Shown here in pieces: positions 16,707 to 26,494 of a stretch of DNA of 64,000 bases. The number at the start of each line of letters is the position of its first letter. Position 1 is the first letter of the stretch. Origin of the DNA: an uncultured Verrucomicrobiae bacterium (GTDB lineage: Bacteria > Verrucomicrobiota > Verrucomicrobiia > Limisphaerales > Palsa-1400); NCBI GenBank assembly GCA_963764165.1, contig CAVXRD010000002.1, positions 1,728,001 through 1,792,000 of the forward strand. The letters are read 5' to 3'. The notes beneath the pieces are model-generated. The model made no database searches. It was not told the DNA's origin and worked only from the letters and a program-made list of their open reading frames with translations. The position numbers were made by a program, and so were the translations under genes.

Positions 16707-17551
16707 ATGAAGTCCGCTGGCGGGTTCAACACCGCACCTCCTACCTCTACGCCGCCGCCGCCCGGGACAGTTTCAATGACGTCCGGCTTCGGCCGCCGAC
16801 CAACGAGCGGCAGTCCGTCGAATCCTTCGAGTTGATCGTGAAGCCGGAAGTTCCCGTCACGTTCTACCGCGATTTTTATTCCAACTGGGTGCATCATTTT
16901 GAACTTGCCGCGCCGCATGCCGAACTGACGATTGAAAGCCGCAGCGTTGTTCACGTTCATCCGCCACCGATGCTGTCGCCAGAGGCCGTTACCGCGCCGC
17001 TGACCGCGATGCCGGAGCTGATCAAAACAGTGGAATGCTTTGATTATCTTGGAGCGAGCCGGTTTGTGGAGATCGAGCCGGACATCTGGCGCATGGCTAT
17101 CGATGCGACCATGGGCGTCACCGACACATGGCAGGCGGCCCAGGCGATCATGCGCTTCGTGCATGGACATCTGGCTTATGCGCCCGAGTCAACGAATGTT
17201 CATACGCCGGTGCGGGACGTTCTGATTCAGCGAAGGGGTGTATGCCAGGATTTCGCGCATGTCATGGTGGGGCTTTGCCGCGCGATCCGAATTCCCGCGC
17301 GCTACGTCAGCGGTTATCTCGCGGTGCAGGAGGCCCGGGCGACTCACGCATGGGTGGAAATTTGGATTCCCCGCCGCGGATGGCTCGCGGTGGACCCGAC
17401 CCACAGCCGGCAGATAGACGAGACTTACATTAAAATCGCGGTGGGCCGCGATTATTCGGACGTGCCGCCAGTGGCCGGCACCTATCGGGGCTCAGTTGAT
17501 CGCAAGATGGAAATTGACGTTCAGATTGATCGTGTCAAGGCCGGTGAATGA
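16703..17551 (+). CDS. Transglutaminase-like protein (second paralog)
   Basis: ATG 16703 overlaps the upstream TGA (ATGA); GVCQDFAH, YVSGY, THAWVE, VDPT and GRDYSDVPP motifs. Confidence 0.92.
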   Translation: MNEVRWRVQHRTSYLYAAAARDSFNDVRLRPPTNERQSVESFELIVKPEVPVTFYRDFYSNWVHHFELAAPHAELTIESRSVVHVHPPPMLSPEAVTAPLTAMPELIKTVECFDYLGASRFVEIEPDIWRMAIDATMGVTDTWQAAQAIMRFVHGHLAYAPESTNVHTPVRDVLIQRRGVCQDFAHVMVGLCRAIRIPARYVSGYLAVQEARATHAWVEIWIPRRGWLAVDPTHSRQIDETYIKIAVGRDYSDVPPVAGTYRGSVDRKMEIDVQIDRVKAGE

Positions 17552-17711
17552 CGAAGGAAAGGCCGAGCATTTCATATGTCCCATTAGTCCTCTAGGTCCC
17601 GTCTCATGCGACTGATAGGAATCATAGGACGGCTCGGCAGGAGCATCGCCCTGCCGCGCCTCACCGATGAATAAATTTTCCTCTTCAAAATTATTTGCTT
17701 GCATTAAATAT

Positions 17712-17731
17712 TAAACGATAGTAAACGATAG
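17712..17731. promoter_or_regulatory. Tandem 10-bp direct repeat, possible operator
   Basis: taaacgatag x2 in an AT-rich region upstream of the 17794 gene; an inverted half-copy (atgactatcg) overlaps the start codon. Confidence 0.4.
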
Positions 17732-17793
17732 TCAATGAATCCAAGCCCGCGAATGAAGAAACGCGCCGGGCTTGGCCAACAAAAGGAGAACGT

Positions 17794-19545
17794 ATGACTA
17801 TCGATTCTGGTTCGGATTCTGGTCCCATTCCAACTCCAACTCCACCTCCGCCTCCAAACACGCCGCTGCCTGAGATTCCGCCGGCGATTTTTGCCGCCAC
17901 TCCGCCGATTGATGATCCGCCGTTGAACTTCAGGTCGGATGTTTTGTCTCTGCTGCGCGCGCTGCTGGCCCGCAATCCATTTTACATCATCAGCGCCATG
18001 CTGCTGCTCTGGAGCATGCGCGAGCTTTCGCTTGATTCACGGATTTTTCCCGAGGAATTTCCGCAGCTTATTTTTAACTTTTCCGCCTTTCAGGTTTACG
18101 AGTGGCTTCTCGTGGGAACCGCCATGCTTCTCGCCCGGCGGAGGGTTTGGTACGATTCGGGGCTGCTGGTGGCCTTGGAGAATCTGTTTATTTGCGTGCC
18201 ATTTCTCCTCGTGAGCCAGGCGCTGCTGCTTGAAAACTCGGTGGCGGCCGCCTTTTGCATATCCGGCGGGGCGCTGGCGGCGGTGAGGGTCAGCGGCTTG
18301 CGGCGCCGATTGAAGGAAATGAACCTTTCTCGTACCTGGTTGTGGGCGGGTGGCGCGCTGCTCGCCCTGAATTTTGCCTGGCCGGTGCTCGTTCGAACTC
18401 TGCATAAGGAGGTCGATATCCCGATATGGGATAAGCGAGGGTTATTGTTGACGGCGGTGGAATGGAATTGGCTGGTTCCCGTGGCGGTTGTGTTTGCCGC
18501 GCTGCTGCCGATGCGCGAATTCACCTGCGGCTTGCGCGAGGGCGAAGAGCGGCCCTTTTACGCGTGGCGCATTTTTCCGGTCGTGGTGCTGCTGATGTGG
18601 ATCGCTGGAACTTCCGTGCATCTTTACAGCGTCAGTTACGTCTATGGATTGCCGTGGCGCTGGGCCTATCTTGCGCCGACCGTGTGGGTTCTCACATGGG
18701 TTGTGTGGCGGCGATGGAGTGAGTTGTTCCCCGAAAAATGGCGCGTGGCGGAGCGCTTCTTATTTCTTCAACCGGCGCTGGCAATCTTGCTTGACGCGCG
18801 GGCGGGCCGGCCGGCGATGTGTTTGACTTTGGCGTTGCTGAGCGCCGCTGTTTACGGAGTCATGGCTTTCGTTCGGCGCGACGCGCTGGCGAAGTATGCC
18901 GCCGCATTTTCAACTCTGGTTGCGATCTACTTTATGCCGCTCCATGCAGGAATTGGCCGTGGCTTGTCACTGGTCGAGTTCCTCGGGGGCGGCACGTTGA
19001 TTTTTCTGATGGGCTGGGCACTGATTTCCCGGCGGGCCGTTGTGGGATTGATGGGAGGGATTTGTCTTGGACTTGGAATGGCGGTTCTTCTGCCCTCCAC
19101 AGCCACAATGATGAACATCGCGGCGCAAGCGGGTTTGATCTTCGTCATGCTCCACAGCATGCGCTGGGATTTAGAGTCGGCGGAGGCCTCGAAGGCGCGC
19201 ATTTTCTGCGGCATTTGCTGGATTCTTCACACCGCAGTTTGGAACGTCTGCGGATCTGTTGAGTCGTCCCTCTGCACCACCGTTTTCGGTGTGTCGGTGT
19301 CGATGGTTCTCATCTGCGCGCGATTCATCACCGGGCGCTGGCCCTCCTTGACGATTGCGGTGTGCGCGGCGGTAGTTGGGTGGTTTGGCTATGTTTATTT
19401 CCTGCTTGAGCGTTTTGCGTATGCGCCGAGGGGATTGCAATCGTTGGTCGGCAGTTTCGCGCTGTTTGGCCTTGGCACGCTCGCGGCGCTGATGAAATCG
19501 AAATGGATGCTAAAACGCGCGGCGGAATCACCTCAGGCGCAATAG
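17794..19545 (+). CDS. Hypothetical polytopic membrane protein with Pro-rich N-terminus
   Basis: 583 aa ORF with an AGGAG RBS and many hydrophobic segments; no family recognised. Confidence 0.75.
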   Translation: MTIDSGSDSGPIPTPTPPPPPNTPLPEIPPAIFAATPPIDDPPLNFRSDVLSLLRALLARNPFYIISAMLLLWSMRELSLDSRIFPEEFPQLIFNFSAFQVYEWLLVGTAMLLARRRVWYDSGLLVALENLFICVPFLLVSQALLLENSVAAAFCISGGALAAVRVSGLRRRLKEMNLSRTWLWAGGALLALNFAWPVLVRTLHKEVDIPIWDKRGLLLTAVEWNWLVPVAVVFAALLPMREFTCGLREGEERPFYAWRIFPVVVLLMWIAGTSVHLYSVSYVYGLPWRWAYLAPTVWVLTWVVWRRWSELFPEKWRVAERFLFLQPALAILLDARAGRPAMCLTLALLSAAVYGVMAFVRRDALAKYAAAFSTLVAIYFMPLHAGIGRGLSLVEFLGGGTLIFLMGWALISRRAVVGLMGGICLGLGMAVLLPSTATMMNIAAQAGLIFVMLHSMRWDLESAEASKARIFCGICWILHTAVWNVCGSVESSLCTTVFGVSVSMVLICARFITGRWPSLTIAVCAAVVGWFGYVYFLLERFAYAPRGLQSLVGSFALFGLGTLAALMKSKWMLKRAAESPQAQ

Positions 19546-19658
19546 CATGCGGCCAACGTGACTGTGAAGGCTTCTTTGACAGGATGAACCGGATTTACAG
19601 GATAAAGACAGATTTGCGAAGTGGAGATTGGGCGCGAAATCAATTCTGCTGAAATCAC

Positions 19659-19702
19659 AAAACAAAAAGGCCCGCTCGATGCAACCAATCACCGAACGGG
19701 CC
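19659..19702 (-). terminator. Intrinsic terminator on the minus strand (downstream of rnc)
   Basis: Minus strand ggcccgttcg...cgagcgggcc followed by tttttgtttt. Confidence 0.65.
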
Positions 19703-19894
19703 ATTTATCCCCCAAACAACGATGTCAGCATACACGAAGTTTAAGAGCTGAACATCGGGGCAGTCCCCGGAAGTGGCATCGGAAAAGCCCCTATTCGATG
19801 TATGTTTTACTCAGGCCGAATCTCGGTGCGGGCGAGACTCTGTCGAGCCCATTATAGATTTCCAGCATTTGTAACCGTCGGCGCTAAAATCGAG

Positions 19895-20635
19895 TCACGG
19901 CTCGACGGAGTCGCGCCCCACCTCAGTGGACTCGGCGTCCGCAGCCGGGCGAAGCATCTTGAGCGCGGCAATAGCCGCCTCGCTTTCGGCGGCTTTTTTG
20001 CTTTTGCCGATGCCGCGGCCCAATTCGACGCCGAGATGGGAAACGACGCATTCAAAATCCCGATCATGGTCGGGGCCGGTCGCGCGAACCATTTCGTATT
20101 GAGGCGCCTCGGGAGATTTTGCCTGCAAGATTTCCTGCAGCTCGCCTTTGGGATTGTCGAGGGTGGGAATGTCCGTCAGCTCGCCGAAGGCGCGGCGGAA
20201 CGACCGCAGCACAAATCCCCGCGCTTCCTCAAATCCGCCGTCCAGAAAAACGGCGCCGATCAGCGCCTCGAAGCCATCGGCCAGCGCCGAGGCGCGATGG
20301 CGGCCCTCGTTTGCTTCCTCGCCGCGGCTGAGAATGAGATAATTTTGGAGCGAAATCTGGCGGGCCTGATCCGCCAGCGTGCGGCGGTTGATCATTTGCG
20401 CCCGCGCCTTGGTGAGCGGCCCTTCGCTCACGCCCGGGAATTTCTCATAAAGCTCCCGTGTCAGCACCAAGCCAAGCACGGCGTCGCCCAGAAATTCCAA
20501 TCGTTGATTGTGCTGCACGGCGCGCCCTTGCTCATGAGCGACAGACGGGTGCGTGAGGGCGAGAACCAACAGCGAAAGGTCCCGAAATTGATATTGGATT
20601 TCCGCTTGAAGAAGACTGTTGTCCGACGGGATCAT
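19895..20635 (-). CDS. rnc: Ribonuclease III
   Basis: ALTHPS, NQRLEFLGDAVL and ADGFEALIGAVFLDGG motifs; dsRBD NPKGELQE...GKSKKAAE. Confidence 0.97.
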   Translation of the reverse strand: MIPSDNSLLQAEIQYQFRDLSLLVLALTHPSVAHEQGRAVQHNQRLEFLGDAVLGLVLTRELYEKFPGVSEGPLTKARAQMINRRTLADQARQISLQNYLILSRGEEANEGRHRASALADGFEALIGAVFLDGGFEEARGFVLRSFRRAFGELTDIPTLDNPKGELQEILQAKSPEAPQYEMVRATGPDHDRDFECVVSHLGVELGRGIGKSKKAAESEAAIAALKMLRPAADAESTEVGRDSVEP

Positions 20636-21300
20636 GGCACTGTGGAAGTTGTGCCTGCCCCCGGCGCCGGAGCGGATTCTGGAGCCGGAACAGGCGCCGA
20701 TCCTGGCGCGAGCGAAGTTTCGGACGAGGGGGCGGCTGATTCAGGATTCGGCGCAGGAGGGGCGGGCGCCTCGCCACTCGGCGCGCCGGGATTCAATCCG
20801 TGCGCCAGCAAGTCAGCTGTGTTGCGCTGCACTTCCTCCAGCTGGTCCAATTGCAAGTCGGGATCGGCGATGGTGAATACGTCGCCAGATTTGGCGTGCT
20901 CATAAATAAAGACGCGTCCGTTAGGCCCTTTGATTTGTTCCTTCACCTTCAAGATGCGCTTGCGTTCGAGCATCACGGCAAGGATGTAACAAACCGGCCC
21001 GTATTTCGGATTGTTCGTCTCGATCAATTTGCGCAGCAGCGTCTCGGCGGATTCCTTTTGAATGGCCTCGGCCGGGGCGGCGGGCGGCGCGTGATAAACA
21101 CCCTGCCATTGGGAGATGAAACCTTTGCGATCGCTCGCCCCTTCGCGGTATTGGGCGTCCCAGCAAGGCTGGCAAATATCGAGGCGGCGGTACTCCTGTT
21201 TTTCCTCCAGGAGCACGGTGTGGTAAGGCTGCTTGTCGGCAAACGGCTTCTCGCACGCCTGGCAGCCGCGGGAGCGAGATTGAATATTCCAATCGATCAT
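20632..21300 (-). CDS. Hypothetical protein with N-terminal CxxC...CxxC zinc-binding motif
   Basis: CQAC...CQPC; stop overlaps the rnc start by 4 nt; Pro/Ala-rich tail. Confidence 0.75.
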   Translation of the reverse strand: MIDWNIQSRSRGCQACEKPFADKQPYHTVLLEEKQEYRRLDICQPCWDAQYREGASDRKGFISQWQGVYHAPPAAPAEAIQKESAETLLRKLIETNNPKYGPVCYILAVMLERKRILKVKEQIKGPNGRVFIYEHAKSGDVFTIADPDLQLDQLEEVQRNTADLLAHGLNPGAPSGEAPAPPAPNPESAAPSSETSLAPGSAPVPAPESAPAPGAGTTSTVP

Positions 21301-21434
21301 CAGTGCTTCCTTATTATTGCCGCCAACGCCTCAACTGCAATGGGAAAAGAAAATCCGGATCGTGGAAACCCTGAGTGTTGACTCTTTTGCCGGTTGCTCT
21401 TGCAGTTGACGCAGGACGCTTTTATTTTCGGAGC

Positions 21435-22145
21435 ATGAAACGAGTTTTCATCTTGACCGCCATTTCCGCTTTGCTTTCAACGAGCAGTTTCGCCGCACCC
21501 GATGCGTCCGGGCCAACGAACAGCGGCGCTGTCCTCACCGATCCCGCGCCGACGGCCGCCTCCATCGCCGCGCAGCAAGCCGCCGATGAGCGCTACAAGC
21601 GCATGACCGCCGACATCGAAGCGCTTCAAGCAGACAACGAATCCTTGAAAGCCAAAATCAACACGCTCGAACAAAAAATCGAGGAACTCCGCCAATTGCA
21701 AGCCGCCGCCGCTGCCAGCCAGAGTGGCGTGCAGGCGGATTTGAGACGCCTTGCGGAAAGCATTTCCGCCGTCGATAAGCGGCGCGAGGAAGACAAAGTT
21801 GCCATCTCCGAGCAGATTCGGTCGTCAATCGCGAATTTGGAGAAGGCGCTGGCCGCTGCGCCGCCGCCGCGCATTCATGAAGCGCCGCCGCCCAAGGTTC
21901 ATCAGGAGACAGACGGCGATGGGAATCTTGCTCCCGCCCCAGTGACCGCCGAAACGGGTTACACCTACACGGTGCTCGAGGGGCAGAATCTCTACACTAT
22001 CGTCAAAGCCTACAACGAGGAATTCAAAAACAAGGGATGGAAACCCATTACGCTCAAGCAGGCCATGGCGGCGAATCCGAAAGTGGATTTTAATCGGCTC
22101 ACGGTTGGGCAGAAGATCATTATTCCGAAGCCGGAGGCGCAGTAA
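21435..22145 (+). CDS. Secreted coiled-coil protein with C-terminal LysM domain
   Basis: Signal peptide, coiled coil, then YTVLEGQNLYTIVKAY...ANP...LTVGQKIIIP. Confidence 0.85.
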   Translation: MKRVFILTAISALLSTSSFAAPDASGPTNSGAVLTDPAPTAASIAAQQAADERYKRMTADIEALQADNESLKAKINTLEQKIEELRQLQAAAAASQSGVQADLRRLAESISAVDKRREEDKVAISEQIRSSIANLEKALAAAPPPRIHEAPPPKVHQETDGDGNLAPAPVTAETGYTYTVLEGQNLYTIVKAYNEEFKNKGWKPITLKQAMAANPKVDFNRLTVGQKIIIPKPEAQ

Positions 22146-22217
22146 CGCCCATTTTCCATCACCGGTTAAGAACGTCGGCGAAAAGCTGTTTTAGAACCGT
22201 ATTCTGGCCAGGCTTCT

Positions 22218-25097
22218 ATGCAAAAAGATCCACCCGGCGGCGGGCGAAAACGGTTTGACGGCGGCTTCGCTCTGCTGTTGCTGCTGCTGGGAGGGACGCT
22301 GGCGGTTTTGTGCCGCGAGGGCTTTGCACCGTACCAGGTCTTTTGGGCCAACGATCTTCCGCTGGGCGTGCTGATGGGCGAGTCGCAGAAGCTGCCCAGC
22401 GCGCTGTTCGCCTGCTGGGCGGATTATTACTGGCTCGGCTCGCCGGGGGTGGTGTCCCTCAACCTCACCAATCTCGGCATGGCAGTATTCTCGCCTGAGA
22501 TTCAACTTAAGTTTTATCCGCCTGCGACGATGTTTTTCCTCGGTTTCGGCGCGTGGTTCTTCTTCCGGCAATTGCGGTTCTCGCGGGCCGTTTGCGCGCT
22601 CGGCGGGCTGGGCGCGGGCCTCAACATGCACTTTTTCTCCAACGCCTGCTGGGGGCTCGGCTGGTGGAATGTCTGCTGCGGAATGATTTTTATCGCGTTG
22701 GGAATTCTCGTCAGCCGGGACATCCGCCCGCTGTGGCTCAAGGCGGTGCTGGCGGGGTTCTCCACCGGCATGGCGGTGATGGAGGGCTTCGATGTCGGCG
22801 CGATCCTCAGCATTTATGTCGGAATATTTCTGGCCTATATATATTTGACGCAACCGGAGAAATTCACGGTGCGCGCGGGCAAAACGGCGCTCGCCGGCGC
22901 GCTGGTGGTCGGGGCGGCGGCATTTATTTCCCTGAGCACAATTTACACGCTCGTTTTCACGCAAATCAAAGGGACCTCTGCCGACGGCGCCGCCGCGCCC
23001 GTTGTTCAAACGGAGCAGGACAAACGGGACCGCTGGGAATTCACCACCCAATGGAGCATTCCGAAAGTGGAATCGTGGCGCGTCCTGATTCCAGGTTTAT
23101 TCGGCTACCGCATGCAGGAGTTCACGACTTCGACGAACAAGGCGGGATCGTATTGGGGCAGCATCGCGGAGGATCCGCACATCCAGGATTTGGAAAGCAG
23201 CGACGCTCAATTGCGCACGAATTCCGCGGCCGAACTTGGGATTCCGCAGCCAGTGCTGGAGGTGTTCGCGGGAAACGACATGATCGCGCGGAACGGCTAT
23301 TTGGGCTCCATCAAGAGCCAGTTGCAGCGACGCCACACCGGCAATGGCGAATATGCCGGGCTCCTGGTTTGTTTGCTGGCGGCGTTCGGGCTTGCCAACG
23401 CGGGGCGCAAGACCGATTCGCCTTTTTCCGCCGAAGAAAAACGCATCGTCTGGTTTTGGGGCGCGGCGGCGGTTTTCTCGCTGATGGCGGCGTGGGGGCG
23501 TTATGGATTTGTCTACCGGCTTATTTACCAACTGCCGTTTCTGACCAACATCCGGAGCCCGATGAAGTTCATGCACGCGCTGAATATCTGCCTGATCATT
23601 CTCTCGGGTTATGGGCTGGAAGTTCTGCATCGCTGCTATCTTGCGAAACCTTTCGACAAAGGGCGTTCTTTGTTCGGCAGGTGGTCTTCCTGGTGGAGGG
23701 GCGCCAGCGGGTTTGAAATGAAATGGGTCATCGGCTCGACGGCTGCATTCGTGGCGGCGCTGATCGCCTATTGGGCCATGGCCGGAAGCAAGCAGGACAT
23801 CGTGGAACACCTCAAGAGCAATGGCTTTGAGGATAAGGCATTGGCGTCGCAAATTGCCGATTTCTCCATCGGAGAAGTCGGATGGTTTGCGCTTTATTTA
23901 TTCATTTCGCTTGTGGTGCTTCACCTGGTCTTCAGCGGCTTCTGCGCCGGGAGGCGGGCCGCTTGGGGATGGGCGCTGCTGGCCGCCATCATGATCTGCG
24001 ATCTTTACCGGGCGGATGATCCTTGGGTGCGCTACTACAATTACCGCGAGAAAATGAGCCCCAACGCTATTATTGACATTCTGAAGGACAAGCCGTGGGA
24101 GCACCGCGTGGTGTCGCGGCTCTCCCCTATTGGCCCGTATGATCTGGGTGAGACGAATGTGAATTTCGGCGGCTTGAGCCATTGGTGGCTGGAGAACGAC
24201 TTCCCGCTCCACAACATTGAATCGCTCGAAATCGACCAGGCCCCACGCATGCCCGCGCTTGACAGCAATTATCTGGCGCGGTTTTCAGCTTCGGCCGCCA
24301 ACCCGGCTCCCGCCGCGCGCCTGTGGCAGTTGTCAAATACTCGATATATTTTCGCCCATCCAGATTGGGAGCAGCGCTTGAACGCCTTGGGATGGCCGCC
24401 CGGCAGCTTTCGAACTGTGGCGCGGGTGGATATTGCCCCCAAAACAGATTATTTGCATGTGCAGGACGCCGGGGACCTCACGGTGCAAACGAACGCGCAC
24501 GGCGCTTTAGCCCTGATCGAATTCACGCGCGCTCTGCCACGGGCGAAACTTTATTCCAACTGGAAGATGATGCAGGACACGAATGCATGGAACGAATTGA
24601 TGTCGCCCTCGTTCGATCCGGAGAAATCTGTGATCGTCGCCACCGACACGCCCATTTCAGACAAGCCCTCCGCGCCTGCCAGCGATCCAGGGGAGGTGCA
24701 AATTTCGCACTACGAATCCAAGCATCTTCTGCTGGATGCGGACGCAAAAACGCCCGCTGTGCTTCTTTTGAATGATCACACCGGCGACTATTGGAATGCC
24801 TGGATTGACCAAAAACCCGCCGCCATGCTCCGCTGCAATTACATCATGCGGGGAGTTTTTCTGCCTCCTGGCAAACACACGGTTGAATTCAAATACCAGC
24901 CGCCGCAAAAATTATTGCATGCGAGCCTGGCTGCGTTTGCGTTGGGCGTCCTGCTGGGTGGGTATGCCTTTGTCTCGCATTTCGCGCGCCAGCCGGAGGC
25001 AAGTCTGCCACCGGCCAGCGCGCCGAAATCAACTTCGCCGGATTCGCCAACTCCGGCCGCGCCCAAAGCCAGGCAAAAAAAGGGCCGGGCGCGATGA
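22218..25097 (+). CDS. YfhO-like membrane protein (putative GT-C glycosyltransferase)
   Basis: 959 aa, multi-TM N-terminal region; C-terminal LPRA...LLLND...WNAWID...CNYIMRGVFLPPGKHTVEFKY signature. Confidence 0.75.
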   Translation: MQKDPPGGGRKRFDGGFALLLLLLGGTLAVLCREGFAPYQVFWANDLPLGVLMGESQKLPSALFACWADYYWLGSPGVVSLNLTNLGMAVFSPEIQLKFYPPATMFFLGFGAWFFFRQLRFSRAVCALGGLGAGLNMHFFSNACWGLGWWNVCCGMIFIALGILVSRDIRPLWLKAVLAGFSTGMAVMEGFDVGAILSIYVGIFLAYIYLTQPEKFTVRAGKTALAGALVVGAAAFISLSTIYTLVFTQIKGTSADGAAAPVVQTEQDKRDRWEFTTQWSIPKVESWRVLIPGLFGYRMQEFTTSTNKAGSYWGSIAEDPHIQDLESSDAQLRTNSAAELGIPQPVLEVFAGNDMIARNGYLGSIKSQLQRRHTGNGEYAGLLVCLLAAFGLANAGRKTDSPFSAEEKRIVWFWGAAAVFSLMAAWGRYGFVYRLIYQLPFLTNIRSPMKFMHALNICLIILSGYGLEVLHRCYLAKPFDKGRSLFGRWSSWWRGASGFEMKWVIGSTAAFVAALIAYWAMAGSKQDIVEHLKSNGFEDKALASQIADFSIGEVGWFALYLFISLVVLHLVFSGFCAGRRAAWGWALLAAIMICDLYRADDPWVRYYNYREKMSPNAIIDILKDKPWEHRVVSRLSPIGPYDLGETNVNFGGLSHWWLENDFPLHNIESLEIDQAPRMPALDSNYLARFSASAANPAPAARLWQLSNTRYIFAHPDWEQRLNALGWPPGSFRTVARVDIAPKTDYLHVQDAGDLTVQTNAHGALALIEFTRALPRAKLYSNWKMMQDTNAWNELMSPSFDPEKSVIVATDTPISDKPSAPASDPGEVQISHYESKHLLLDADAKTPAVLLLNDHTGDYWNAWIDQKPAAMLRCNYIMRGVFLPPGKHTVEFKYQPPQKLLHASLAAFALGVLLGGYAFVSHFARQPEASLPPASAPKSTSPDSPTPAAPKARQKKGRAR

Positions 25098-25104
25098 GGC
25101 GAAT

Positions 25105-25446
25105 TCAAGCCTTTGCGGCGGCGCGGGAACGGGCGCGGCGCGCGCTCCCAAGGCTCACTGTTCTGCCGCCGCGCTTGCGCGAGTGGCTCTGCTTTTCAAG
25201 CACGTAGCTCGCGGAATTGCGGAGACGGCGGCGATATTTCAATTTCTTCCTCATGCGCTCGCGGGCGGCGATGGTGTGTTTGAGGCAGTAAACGCCGATG
25301 GCCGGCTCACCGCATGTCAAACAAAGGCCTGCCGCTTTTTTCCGCAGCATGTGAATCTGCTGGCGCGACATGGGCGTTCCGTCCGCCTTCAGCGTGCCTG
25401 TAAATTCATCCGTAATTTTTTTTCTGCTCCATTTTTTTGCTTTCAT
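25105..25446 (-). CDS. Small basic hypothetical protein with CxxC...CxxH motif
   Basis: Very Lys/Arg-rich ORF containing CLTCGEPAIGVYCLKH; start uncertain. Confidence 0.55.
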   Translation of the reverse strand: MKAKKWSRKKITDEFTGTLKADGTPMSRQQIHMLRKKAAGLCLTCGEPAIGVYCLKHTIAARERMRKKLKYRRRLRNSASYVLEKQSHSRKRGGRTVSLGSARRARSRAAAKA

Positions 25447-25585
25447 AATTTTAAAATCTGATCTGTGTTTAGTATACACCTGTATTCACGTCAAAGCGAG
25501 GGGTGAGTCAATTATTTTCCCATTTTACCGAAAAATCAGGAAATCCCTCATGGGCACTGTCGCGTATTCAATTACGTTTTGTCAA

Positions 25586-26425
25586 TTACGTAGCGGGAAT
25601 GGAACGCTGGAGCAGCAGTGCGGCTGCGAACGCAGCGGGGAAAAACATGAGCCACGGGTCGGTGGTGCTCGCCACCGCCAGCAAATCCACCAGGGCAATT
25701 CCCGCCAGCAATCGCGAAACGGTGCATCCGATGTTCGGTTGGATCTGCGCAATGCTTCGGCTCAATGCCGCCAGCGCCCACGCGCCCAGGAGGATCGAGT
25801 ATAAAGCGGCGGGTTTCCAGGATGGGCCGTCATCGATGACTGCCGCAAAAACAACGGGTGCCGCCAGCAGAAGACTCGGCCAAAAATTAATCCGCACCCG
25901 CGCGCTCTCCTTGCGCGCGAGATAACTGATGCCGACGATATAGGCCGCCAGCGCAATTCCTTTCCAGACGATTTCTCCAGTGATTCCATCGCTCGCTGAA
26001 GCAGCCACGAAATAAACGCACAGCCGGCACGCCCCCATGACAAAGGGCGCAAACGGAACCCATTTGTGAATCGCGTTGTAAAGCAAAATGCATATGCATA
26101 ATGCAACGGCCCACCAGAGCACTTGGCCGCCAATCCACGCCACGACGGCGAGGCCCAAAATGAGCCAAAGGAAACCCCATCGCCACACTTCGGCCTCTTT
26201 GATCGCGCCGGAGGGAATCGGCCGGTCGCGACGGTGATGGCTGTCAAACACGCTGTCAAACGCATCGTTCAAAAACATGCCGCCCACATAGAGAAAGCTG
26301 CATGCCGCCATGACGCCCGCCAGCGCTGCGGGAGATCCGCGGCCGGCCAGGCACCACGCCGCAAGGCAATCCGTCCAGACCGTGGGCAGGTTCGAAACCC
26401 GCCCCAGGATCAGGAGGGTTCGCAT
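25586..26425 (-). CDS. UbiA family prenyltransferase (EboC-like)
   Basis: RVSNLPT, GMFLNDAFD...RRDRPIPSG, YNAIHK and MGACR motifs. Confidence 0.85.
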   Translation of the reverse strand: MRTLLILGRVSNLPTVWTDCLAAWCLAGRGSPAALAGVMAACSFLYVGGMFLNDAFDSVFDSHHRRDRPIPSGAIKEAEVWRWGFLWLILGLAVVAWIGGQVLWWAVALCICILLYNAIHKWVPFAPFVMGACRLCVYFVAASASDGITGEIVWKGIALAAYIVGISYLARKESARVRINFWPSLLLAAPVVFAAVIDDGPSWKPAALYSILLGAWALAALSRSIAQIQPNIGCTVSRLLAGIALVDLLAVASTTDPWLMFFPAAFAAALLLQRSIPAT

Positions 26426-26494
26426 TTTGGTTGGGCGGTTTCCGAATTTCAAATCGTCCCGCAGTTTATGCGGCGCGGGACGGCTCGCAAACTT

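Noticed and set aside
25586..26425. A full ebo gene cluster
   Set aside because: Only the EboC-like prenyltransferase is present; the neighbours are unrelated.
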